Source of the DNA: Minisyncoccota bacterium
GTDB taxonomy: Bacteria; Patescibacteriota; Minisyncoccia; Phycocordibacterales; SBAW01
Length of the DNA: 64,000 nucleotides
Assembly: GCA_035548815.1 (NCBI GenBank)
Contig: DASZSF010000005.1
Coordinates: forward strand, 182,177-246,176
Direction of reading: 5' to 3'
This document shows, piece after piece, positions 1 through 8,399 of this stretch (positions are counted from its first letter, which is position 1; each line of letters opens with the position of its first letter). Below the pieces are notes generated by a model, which saw nothing but the letters and a program-made list of their open reading frames with translations, did no database searches and was not told the origin of the DNA. Both the position numbers and the translations under genes were made by a program.

Positions 1-2
1 TT

Positions 3-935
3 GCAGGCTTCATCATTGGCCGCCGTTACTTCAGCGAATCAACCGCAAACAAAGGCTTAGTTGCGCTCCAGCAGAATGACATGACCACAGCACTTGCAGA
101 TGCACAGCATGCGATGGACATCGAGCAGACTATCGATTCGCTCCAGTTCGCTACGCTAACGGGGACAGCTGCGCTTTCAGACCTCGTGCAGTCAACCACG
201 ACGCCAAGCGATACACTCAAACAGGCTTTCGCACAGCAAGTGCAAGCAACCGCAGCAGTTGGGCAGGCAGCTATTTTAAAAAATCCAAACGACTACCGCT
301 CCTACATTCTCTTGGCGAAGGTCTACGACCTGCTCGCACAAATAGGAGTGCAAGGTGCGTATGACACTGCAACAACCCTCTATGCAACGGCGCTGTCGCA
401 CAATCCAACTAACCCAAGCATTCCGCTTGCAGCAGCGCGGCTTGCAGCTGTCCACGGCGACACAAAGACCGCAGAAAGCGCGCTCTCTAAGTCGCTTGAA
501 CTTAAGAGTGATTACACCGATGCAATATTATTCGCAGTCCAGTTGTATGTCGACAGAAAGGACACTAAGAACGCAATAGCGGCAGCACAAGCTGCGGTTA
601 AGAGCGCGCCGGGCGTCCCGTCTATATGGTTCGAACTCGGCCTCTTGTACTATTCGTCAGCTGACTACAAGGACGCAGCTGCAGCTTTTGCACAGGCAGT
701 CGCGTTGCAGAACGACTATGCAAATGCAAAGTACTTTCTCGGTCTCTCGTACGTACAGATACAGCGCGTGCCAGACGCAATACAGCAGTTTAAAGACCTG
801 ACCGTTTCCAATCCGGACAATGCGGAAGTTAAGCTCATCTTGAGCAACTTAGGGCAGGGCAAAGCACCATTCGACGGGGCACAGCCTCCAGTCACATCAA
901 GCCCCCAGACGCGCGAAACCGCTCCGATACAGTAA
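3..935 (+). CDS. TPR-repeat protein, 5' partial (frame open to window start)
   Basis: Repeated TPR-like helices (WFELGLLYYSSADYKDAAAAFAQAVALQNDYANAKYFLGLSY); no stop upstream of 81 in frame. Confidence 0.8.
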   Translation, partial: AGFIIGRRYFSESTANKGLVALQQNDMTTALADAQHAMDIEQTIDSLQFATLTGTAALSDLVQSTTTPSDTLKQAFAQQVQATAAVGQAAILKNPNDYRSYILLAKVYDLLAQIGVQGAYDTATTLYATALSHNPTNPSIPLAAARLAAVHGDTKTAESALSKSLELKSDYTDAILFAVQLYVDRKDTKNAIAAAQAAVKSAPGVPSIWFELGLLYYSSADYKDAAAAFAQAVALQNDYANAKYFLGLSYVQIQRVPDAIQQFKDLTVSNPDNAEVKLILSNLGQGKAPFDGAQPPVTSSPQTRETAPIQ

Positions 936-944
936 GATAGTGCA

Positions 945-2618
945 ATGGTACGGTCGCTGTGGTCATACATAGGAAAAGAAGCGCGGAGTATGCACGAGGC
1001 GGCCTACTTATTGGCCGCCTTTGCGCTCTGTTCACAACTGCTCGCGCTTATCCGTGACCGTTTGTTTGCAGCGCACTTTGGCGCATCGCACACGCTCGAC
1101 CTGTACTATGCTGGTTTCCGTATACCTGACTTTCTCTTCGCGACGGTAGCGTCGCTCTTGTCGCTCTATGCCTTGTTGCCGGTACTGACACGGCTTGAAC
1201 AAAAAGGGGATGGACTTGTGGTGGCGTTCCTTGAACAGACGCTTATATTCTTTTTTGTATGTATGGGCGCAATATCGCTCGTGGTGTGTATATTTGCGCC
1301 GCAGATCATTGCGCTTGTGATGCCGGGCATCCATGACCCGTCACTTGTCTTGCTGGTGAGAATCTTGCTGCTACAGCCGATACTCCTTGGCGCCTCAAAC
1401 ATCGTGGCGGCATTTACACAACTACGTCAACGTTTTTTTCTCTATTCGATCTCGCCGCTTCTCTACAACTTCGGCATTATTTTAGGAACTCTCACGTTTT
1501 ATCCGTACATGGGCGTGGCGGGCTTGGGCTGGGGCGTTGTGCTGGGCGCGTTGCTCCACTTCCTCATCCAGCTTCCATTTTTTGGCGCGAAAGAAGAAGG
1601 AAAGTGGCTTCCATTGAGTGAACTTTTCCGCGAGCTTACGTCTGTGCTGAGACTTTCTGTTCCGCGAACGCTGGCGCTTGCGGCAACTCAAGTGTCGCTC
1701 TTACTCATCGTCGGTATCGCATCGCTTCTTTCGGCGGGCTCCATTTCTGTATTCATGTTTGCGTACAATTTGCAGGCAGTGCCGCTGACCATCATCGGTG
1801 TTTCGTATTCGGTTGCTGCGTTTCCGACACTTGCGCGCCTACATGCACAAGGCTCGCACGCGGAGTTTGTTCGTTATATTGAAACGGCGCTCCGGCACAT
1901 ATTTTTTTGGAGCATCCCCGCAACGGTGTTCGTGATAGTGTTGCGTGCCCAGCTCGTGCGCGTCATCTTGGGGGCAGGTGCATTCGACTGGGCGGCAACG
2001 CGTTTGACTGCCGCAGCGCTTGCATTGTTTATCGTCTCGCTTGCAGCGCAGTCGGTCACGCTCCTTATTGCCCGCGCGTACTACGCGGCAGGCAATACAC
2101 GAAAACCTCTTTATTTCGGACTTGTCGATATTGTTGTTTCTGTCGGCAGCGCCCTGTGCTTTGCCTTTGCGTTCCACGACTACGCCTTCATCCGCATCTT
2201 TATTGAGTCATTGCTGCGTGTGGGTGATGTGCCAGGCACTGTGGTGCTTATGCTCGCGCTTGGATATTGCTGCGGCTCGGTGGCTGAGTTCGTCGTCGGA
2301 CTCTTCTTCTTTATGCGGGACTTCAAGATACCGCGCATTAGGATCTCAGCGCTTATATTCCAGAGTTTTTCTGCCTCGGTGATAGGTGGCGCCGCATCGT
2401 ACATGGTACTGCTCTACACGGGTATTGCAGGCACAGTAAACACAACGTGGATGCTTGTGCTCCAGGGCGCCGCTGCGGGTGTTGTAGGCGTATGTGTGGT
2501 GCTGGGCATACTTGTATTGCTCCGCAATGAGGAGCTTAAAGAGGCTGTAGGGGCCCTGCATAGGCGTTTCCGCGACAGAGGCGGGGTGGCGCTCGAAACG
2601 ACGGACATCTCGTCGTAG
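945..2618 (+). CDS. murJ: Lipid II flippase MurJ (MviN)
   Basis: Polytopic membrane protein; LALIRDRLFAAHFG, DLYYAGFRIPD, PLLYNFGII, RAYYA motifs. Confidence 0.9.
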   Translation: MVRSLWSYIGKEARSMHEAAYLLAAFALCSQLLALIRDRLFAAHFGASHTLDLYYAGFRIPDFLFATVASLLSLYALLPVLTRLEQKGDGLVVAFLEQTLIFFFVCMGAISLVVCIFAPQIIALVMPGIHDPSLVLLVRILLLQPILLGASNIVAAFTQLRQRFFLYSISPLLYNFGIILGTLTFYPYMGVAGLGWGVVLGALLHFLIQLPFFGAKEEGKWLPLSELFRELTSVLRLSVPRTLALAATQVSLLLIVGIASLLSAGSISVFMFAYNLQAVPLTIIGVSYSVAAFPTLARLHAQGSHAEFVRYIETALRHIFFWSIPATVFVIVLRAQLVRVILGAGAFDWAATRLTAAALALFIVSLAAQSVTLLIARAYYAAGNTRKPLYFGLVDIVVSVGSALCFAFAFHDYAFIRIFIESLLRVGDVPGTVVLMLALGYCCGSVAEFVVGLFFFMRDFKIPRIRISALIFQSFSASVIGGAASYMVLLYTGIAGTVNTTWMLVLQGAAAGVVGVCVVLGILVLLRNEELKEAVGALHRRFRDRGGVALETTDISS

Positions 2619-2654
2619 AGCTCGTAAAATGCTAGACTCGGGTGTGCTTCCTGT

Positions 2655-4517
2655 ATGCAGCAGATACGAAACTTTAGCATCATAGCCCATATAGACCACG
2701 GCAAGTCGACCCTTGCCGACCGTTTGCTTGAGGTCACGGGCACCATAGAAAAGCGCAAAATGCGCGACCAGGTGCTCGATTCCATGGACTTGGAGCGTGA
2801 GCGCGGCATTACCATCAAAATGCAGCCGGTGCGTATGCGCTACAAGCACGGCGGACAGGAGTATTTGCTGCACCTCATCGACACGCCGGGCCACATCGAT
2901 TTTTCATATGAGGTATCACGCGCGCTCACTGCCGTTGAAGGCGCAGTGTTGCTTGTGGATGCAACGCAGGGTGTGCAGGCGCAGACGCTTACAACGCTCC
3001 GCACAGCCCAAGAACTTGGACTCGTCATAATTCCAGCGCTTTCAAAAATCGACTCGCCTCTGGCAAATGTCGACGATGTGCGCGACCAGGTCGCGTTGCT
3101 TTTAGATATCGACCCATCCGAAGTCCTTCTTTGTTCTGGCCGCACAGGAGAGGGTGTTGAGACTTTGCTTCAGGCTGTTATTGACCGGGTGCCACCGCCA
3201 CGAGAGGGCAATTCTGTTTCTGAGAAAAAGGTAGGCGGGGGCGGCCAAACTGCGGAGCAGTTTGGGGATAAGCCTTTTTCGAAGGAACAGAATGGACCTC
3301 GAGGATTAGTGTTCGACTTCCAATATTCAGACCACCAGGGCGTGATAGTGTACTTGCGCATGTTCGACGGGCAGGTGAAGAAAGGCGATAGGCTTGAGTT
3401 TGCTGCGACGGGCCGCAATTTTATTGCGCTTGAAGTGGGGAGTTTTTCTCCCAAGCCAGTGCCCCTGCCGGAAGGGTTAGGTGCGGGCTCTATTGGCTAC
3501 GTTGTCACAGGCATTAAAGAGCCGGGGTTGGCACGCGTCGGCGACACTGTACGCATGCAAGGTTCAAAAGTTACGCCTTTGTCGGGCTATGGCGAACCAA
3601 AGGCCGTTGTCTGGGCGTCTATATATCCCGAAAGTCAGGATGATTTTACGGCATTGCGCCAGGCCCTTGGGCGCCTGCGTCTTTCCGATTCCTCACTTTC
3701 ATTTGAAGAAGAATCATCAGGCATGCTCGGACGCGGCTTCCGTTGCGGACTCCTCGGCATGCTCCACTTGGAAATAGTCACCGAACGCTTGCGCCGAGAA
3801 GCAAATCTTTCGCTTGTTGTTACGACGCCGACCATCACCTATGAAGTAGAAACGCGGGACGGCAAGCGCCATACAGTATATTCTCCTGCGCAATTCCCAG
3901 AATACGGCGATATAAAAGAGGTGTGGGAGCCGTTCGTGTCGGCTGAAATTATTTTGCCAGCCGAATATATGGGCCCGCTTATGCCGCTGTTGTTCGAACA
4001 CGAAGTGGCGACCGAAAGCACTGAAAATTTTTCTGAAAGCCGCATGCGCGTAAAAGTAGTGATGCCGCTGCGCGAGCTCATGCGAAACTTTTTCGACAAA
4101 TTGAAGAGCGTTTCTTCAGGCTATGCATCAATTTCATACGAACTGCGCGAACTTCGTCTGGCCGACGTTGCGCGGCTCGACATGTACGTTGCGGAAGAAA
4201 TCGTGCCAGCATTTTCCCGCATTATCGCAAAGCATCGCGCTGACGAAGAGGCAATAGCGGCAGTAGAAAAACTCTACAAAATTCTGCCGCGCCAAAACTT
4301 TGCAACCAAAATTCAGGCAATGGCATTGGGACGCATTGTTTCGTCACGCACGCTTTCAGCAATGTCCAAAGATGTCACCCAGCACATGTACGGCGGCGAC
4401 ATTACCCGCAAAATGAAGCTCCGCGAAAAGCAAAAGAAAGGCAAAAAGCGCATGCTCGAACGCGGCCGCGTCAACATCCCAGAGGACGTCTTCCTCAAAA
4501 TGATCCAGAGCGACTAG
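2655..4517 (+). CDS. lepA: Elongation factor 4 (LepA)
   Basis: [54 protein letters not shown]. Confidence 0.98.
   Translation: MQQIRNFSIIAHIDHGKSTLADRLLEVTGTIEKRKMRDQVLDSMDLERERGITIKMQPVRMRYKHGGQEYLLHLIDTPGHIDFSYEVSRALTAVEGAVLLVDATQGVQAQTLTTLRTAQELGLVIIPALSKIDSPLANVDDVRDQVALLLDIDPSEVLLCSGRTGEGVETLLQAVIDRVPPPREGNSVSEKKVGGGGQTAEQFGDKPFSKEQNGPRGLVFDFQYSDHQGVIVYLRMFDGQVKKGDRLEFAATGRNFIALEVGSFSPKPVPLPEGLGAGSIGYVVTGIKEPGLARVGDTVRMQGSKVTPLSGYGEPKAVVWASIYPESQDDFTALRQALGRLRLSDSSLSFEEESSGMLGRGFRCGLLGMLHLEIVTERLRREANLSLVVTTPTITYEVETRDGKRHTVYSPAQFPEYGDIKEVWEPFVSAEIILPAEYMGPLMPLLFEHEVATESTENFSESRMRVKVVMPLRELMRNFFDKLKSVSSGYASISYELRELRLADVARLDMYVAEEIVPAFSRIIAKHRADEEAIAAVEKLYKILPRQNFATKIQAMALGRIVSSRTLSAMSKDVTQHMYGGDITRKMKLREKQKKGKKRMLERGRVNIPEDVFLKMIQSD
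3204..3300. repeat. Palindromic element, in frame within lepA
   Basis: attctgtttc..gaaaaagg / cctttttc..gaacagaat outer arms; inner hairpin ccaaactgc-gga-gcagtttgg; coincides with a non-conserved stretch after the G domain. Confidence 0.8.
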
Positions 4518-4655
4518 CGCTTAGACGAGCAGGGAGAAGTAGGAAAGCACCATGCTCAAGATGACGAGTACGGCCAAAATGGTCGTAAATATCTGCAAGC
4601 GGCGTGCGCGCTTTTTTCGGTCATTACCAAACATATGCCTGATACAATAGCATAT

Positions 4656-5048
4656 ATGCGCGAGTTCAAAAAGCGCCGCAGTAGGCGGGCAGAACTGGTT
4701 AATTTCTCACTCCGACTGGCAGGTGCCTTGCTGCTCTTGTTTGTGACTCTAGGGGCCGTAAAAGGCGCATGGGACATGTACGGTCGGCTTTCTGTAGCCA
4801 CTGCAGGCCAGCAAAGTGCTGCGGCACAGCTGGCGAATCTTAAAACCCAGGAGACTGCTGTGGAATCGCAAGTGAACGAGCTTTCTTCGGCGCGGGGCCA
4901 GGAAGAGCTGCTACGCGAACATTATGGGGTGGCAAAGCCAGGCGAAGGTGTGGTCCAAATAGTCACTCAAACGTCTACAAGTACATCAGAGGCTGCTGGA
5001 GGCCGTACGTGGCTGGGGCAGCTATTTCACGCCCTCTTTTCGTGGTAA
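4656..5048 (+). CDS. Septum formation initiator (DivIC/FtsB-like)
   Basis: Basic N-terminus, one TM helix, coiled coil, LREHYGVAKPGEGVV motif; start chosen 7 nt after TACAAT. Confidence 0.7.
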   Translation: MREFKKRRSRRAELVNFSLRLAGALLLLFVTLGAVKGAWDMYGRLSVATAGQQSAAAQLANLKTQETAVESQVNELSSARGQEELLREHYGVAKPGEGVVQIVTQTSTSTSEAAGGRTWLGQLFHALFSW

Positions 5049-5062
5049 AGTTTAGGCGATTT

Positions 5063-5133
5063 GCGGAATTGGTTTAGTGGTAGAACATGTGCTTCCCAAG
5101 CATAGGGCGCGAGTTCGATTCTCGCATTCCGCA
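5063..5133 (+). tRNA. tRNA-Gly(CCC)
   Basis: Cloverleaf; anticodon arm tgtgc-ttCCCaa-gcata; T loop ttcgatt. Confidence 0.93.
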
Positions 5134-5172
5134 CAAAGTGGTATACTTAGTGTCCAATAATTATTTAAACCT

Positions 5173-5412
5173 ATGAAAAACGTCACCATCTACACAACGC
5201 CGACCTGCCACTTTTGCCAGCTCGCAAAGGAGTTTTTTGCTGAGAAAAATGTTCAGTACACGGCCTACGATGTGACGCAGGATGCCGCAAAGCGCGAAGA
5301 AATGATCCAGATGACCGGCCAGCTTGGCGTGCCTGTCATTGTCATCGGCGACGACATTATGGTCGGTTTTGACCGCGAAAAGGTTGCCGGCAAACTCGGC
5401 ATCGAAGCGTAG
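5173..5412 (+). CDS. Glutaredoxin/NrdH-like redoxin
   Basis: IYTTPTCHFC (CxxC), GQLGVPVI, VGFD. Confidence 0.92.
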   Translation: MKNVTIYTTPTCHFCQLAKEFFAEKNVQYTAYDVTQDAAKREEMIQMTGQLGVPVIVIGDDIMVGFDREKVAGKLGIEA

Positions 5413-5446
5413 TCTTGTCACATATTTTTTACGGTACACTGTAAAC

Positions 5447-6583
5447 ATGGAGCGTGAAGACGCGTATGCGGCCGCAGGTGTACATGTTGGTATCGAGGCC
5501 CAAGCGTCACGCATTATGTTTGAAGCGTCTAGGCAGACGTGGAAAAATAGAAAGGGTCTGATTGGAGATATCATCAACCCTTTTGCAGATTTCGCTGGAT
5601 TGCGAATGGTGTCAGTGGAGTCTCTCCCTCAGGGCAGTTATATGTCCGTCGGGTTTGATACTGCAGGGACGAAAGTTGAGATAGCCGAAAGAGTTGGCAA
5701 GCACGACACAATAGCGTTTGATCTGCTCGCCATGGTATGTGATGACGCTGTATTGCGCGGCGGAGAACCGGTGCTTGTGGGAACGAATCTTGATTTATCC
5801 TCCCTTGGCTCTGACGAAAGATACCTTCCAGTAATTCGAGAGCTTGCAACCGGATATGTTGCAGCAGCAAATGCAGCGGGGGTTGCAATAATTAATGGTG
5901 AGATTGCTCAAATGGGAAAACTCGTTTCTGGATGGGACAATTTTCCGTATCATTGGGGAGCTTCATGTGTTTGGTTTGGGAAAAAAGAAAATTTGTTTAC
6001 CGGTCGTGAAGTTGAAGTTGGAGATGCAGTTGTAATGCTCAAAGACAACGGTTTTCGGACAAACGGTCTGACGCTGGCGCGCACTATTTTTGCCAAAAAA
6101 TACGGTGAAGAATGGCATAAACAACTATTCGATGATAGTACGCTTGGTATGCACGTATTAACCCCATCGACTATTTATTCTTGTTTTGTCACGCATCTTA
6201 ATGGCACATTCGACAGGGAGGGAGTTTCGAAACTCCACGGCGTCGTGCATATTACCGGTGGTGGCATACCGGAGAAGTTGCAGCGCGTATTAAAGCCCAG
6301 TGGATTCGGCGCAAATCTTTCTAATCTTTTCAGTCCTGCCCATATTGTCACTCATTGTCAGGAAGTTGGTGAGGTGTCCGACAAGGATGCCTACGGCGCG
6401 TGGCATATGGGGCAGGGTATGGGTCTAATTACTCCTCAGCCGGACATAGTTCTCAAAGAAGCGCAGGCATTTGGGATAGAAGCTCGCGTAGCAGGACATA
6501 TAGTCTCCAAGCCAGGCATTCGGCTTGTAAGTAAGGGGGCTGCTTCACCAGGGGAAGATCTCGTGTATCATAGCGAAGCGTAA
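5447..6583 (+). CDS. purM: AIR synthase (PurM) family protein
   Basis: YAAAGV N-terminus, DTAGTKV, DLLAMVCDD, NGEIAQM, HITGGG, MGQGM motifs. Confidence 0.8.
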   Translation: MEREDAYAAAGVHVGIEAQASRIMFEASRQTWKNRKGLIGDIINPFADFAGLRMVSVESLPQGSYMSVGFDTAGTKVEIAERVGKHDTIAFDLLAMVCDDAVLRGGEPVLVGTNLDLSSLGSDERYLPVIRELATGYVAAANAAGVAIINGEIAQMGKLVSGWDNFPYHWGASCVWFGKKENLFTGREVEVGDAVVMLKDNGFRTNGLTLARTIFAKKYGEEWHKQLFDDSTLGMHVLTPSTIYSCFVTHLNGTFDREGVSKLHGVVHITGGGIPEKLQRVLKPSGFGANLSNLFSPAHIVTHCQEVGEVSDKDAYGAWHMGQGMGLITPQPDIVLKEAQAFGIEARVAGHIVSKPGIRLVSKGAASPGEDLVYHSEA

Positions 6584-6586
6584 GCC

Positions 6587-6658
6587 GCCCTTGTAGTTCA
6601 ATGGATAGAACAGCTCCGTCCTAAGGAGTAGATGTAGGTTCGATTCCTACCGAGGGCA
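6587..6658 (+). tRNA. tRNA-Arg(CCT)
   Basis: Cloverleaf; gctcc-gtCCTaa-ggagt. Confidence 0.93.
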
Positions 6659-6683
6659 CAAAAACACTGATAATATTAATTGC

Positions 6684-6980
6684 ATGGATCTAGATGTTGA
6701 GGAGGTTCGCGAGCTGGTTAAAAAGAATTTAGAACTTACGGAAGAAAATCACCGGATATTGCGCGGGATGCGAAGTGCGGCACGATGGGGCAGGCTTATT
6801 ACAATAGTTTGGTGGATAGTTGTTGTGGCTGTGTCGGGTGCGACGTATTACTACTACGTCCAGCCTTACGTTGAACAGGCAAAACAAGTCTACGCAGACT
6901 TCGAAAAGAATGGCCAAAGCGCGAAGAATTTTGGGGCCGAATTTGCTCAATTTCTTGAGCAGTTTAAGAAGCCGCAGTAA
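6684..6980 (+). CDS. Small single-TM hypothetical protein
   Basis: Coiled coil (LELTEENHRILRGMR) plus TM helix. Confidence 0.7.
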   Translation: MDLDVEEVRELVKKNLELTEENHRILRGMRSAARWGRLITIVWWIVVVAVSGATYYYYVQPYVEQAKQVYADFEKNGQSAKNFGAEFAQFLEQFKKPQ

Positions 6981-6985
6981 ACCTC

Positions 6986-7061
6986 TGGTGCTTGGGGCCG
7001 GGATCGAACCGGCGACCCCCTCCTCTTCAGGGAGATGCTCTACCAACTGAGCTACCCAAGC
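6986..7061 (-). tRNA. tRNA-Phe(GAA)
   Basis: Reverse complement folds as cloverleaf, loop ctGAAga, encoded CCA. Confidence 0.93.
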
Positions 7062-7102
7062 GGTACTAGGATACTAGCAAAAAATTGAAGATTTCACAAA
7101 AG

Positions 7103-7173
7103 GCGAGGGATGCCGAAGCAAAGCCGGCCTCGCCGCGCTAAGCGCGGTCGAGAGGCTTTGCGCAGGCTCTCGC
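7103..7173. repeat. Nested palindromic element (intergenic)
   Basis: gcgaggg..gcaaagcc..ccgcgc-taa-gcgcgg..ggctttgc..tctcgc. Confidence 0.7.
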
Positions 7174-7670
7174 TAGTTCGATTTAATCTTAAGTTTTGCT
7201 TGGCGGCCTTTGTCGAGCTTAGGGAGTTTTATCGTGAGAAGTCCGTGCTTTTCAGTAGCCTCTGCTTCTTCGATTTCAACTTCCTGTGGCAGCACAATAG
7301 TGCGGCTAAATGCGCCCCAATAGAGTTCCTGGAAGAAAAAGTCGCCCGCAGTGCCTTCAGTATGGCGCTCGCGTTTGCCGCGGAGCGTCACCATGTCGCG
7401 TGTTATTGAAACGTCCAAATCTTCAGGGCGGACGCCCGCTATCATGGCTTTGATGATGATGTGAGTCGGAGTTTGGTACACATCTACGGCAAGTTCTCCT
7501 TCCTGTTCCTCTTCTTCCTGCATCACAGGAATAGCTTTTGCAGGCATCTGCGCGCGTGCTGCAGGCGAGTAGCCTGAACCGCCGCTTTCGAGGTCTTCAA
7601 ATCCGTAGTCGCTGTCAGCAGATGTGCCGCCTGTGAGCCATTCAAAGAGTGATCGTTTTTCCTTTGCCAT
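7173..7670 (-). CDS. Hsp20/alpha-crystallin small heat shock protein
   Basis: VDVYQT..AMIAGVRPEDLDVSI..ELYWGAFSRTIVLP..GLLTIKLPK. Confidence 0.93.
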   Translation of the reverse strand: MAKEKRSLFEWLTGGTSADSDYGFEDLESGGSGYSPAARAQMPAKAIPVMQEEEEQEGELAVDVYQTPTHIIIKAMIAGVRPEDLDVSITRDMVTLRGKRERHTEGTAGDFFFQELYWGAFSRTIVLPQEVEIEEAEATEKHGLLTIKLPKLDKGRQAKLKIKSN

Positions 7671-7680
7671 AGTCTTATTG

Positions 7681-8385
7681 CTAACAGTAGTCCTTAGAGG
7701 GCTGTTTAATGCGCTCAGTCAGCAGCAAGGCTGCCACGGTGCCAAACCAAATGCATATAAACACCCAGAATGTCGAAGGCGACTTTCCTCCTTGAAGTAT
7801 AAAAAAATTGAACAGCGTGTGCAAGGAAATCGCAAGGATAAGTCCCGCTGCTGCAGCCATTTTTCGCGTTTTTGCGGGCGAAAAAAACGCAAATGCCAAG
7901 CATATGCCTATGGTCACTGATGCGAGCACGTGCAGAAGCGTTGCGCCCATGAATCGGAGGTCTTCTGTCACGAATGCGCGCAGTGTGTCATTGCTTGCGA
8001 CAGGTGCCCACAAAAAAGCTGCATTTTCGAGCGCCGAAAAGCCCAGCGCCGCAGTTGCCATGTATATAATCGCGTCGAGCGGCTCGTCGTAGACGGCAAA
8101 GCGGAGCGCCGCAAGGTACGCTGCGCCGAATTTAAGCACTTCTTCAACAGATGCCCACATTAAGAAGATCAGGAGCTGGTTGGTAGTGAATTGGGCAAAA
8201 AAACGCTCCAGTGGGTAGGCGATGATGACCGCGACCATGCCGCACAAAAACGTATAGAAGATGAAGCGCTTAGGTTCAGGGTGGCAGCGGTCTTCAAGCA
8301 GCCAGAAAAAGAGCCAGACAAACGCCGGCACGACGCCACCTAAAAACGCTGTCAAAAGGACAGGAGGACTCAAAAGCGTATCCAC
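7681..8385 (-). CDS. prsW: PrsW-family intramembrane metalloprotease
   Basis: VEEVLK, GFSALEN, ATLLH, SLHTLFN motifs; DRCHPEP. Confidence 0.88.
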   Translation of the reverse strand: MDTLLSPPVLLTAFLGGVVPAFVWLFFWLLEDRCHPEPKRFIFYTFLCGMVAVIIAYPLERFFAQFTTNQLLIFLMWASVEEVLKFGAAYLAALRFAVYDEPLDAIIYMATAALGFSALENAAFLWAPVASNDTLRAFVTEDLRFMGATLLHVLASVTIGICLAFAFFSPAKTRKMAAAAGLILAISLHTLFNFFILQGGKSPSTFWVFICIWFGTVAALLLTERIKQPSKDYC

Positions 8386-8399
8386 GCCCTTATTATAAA

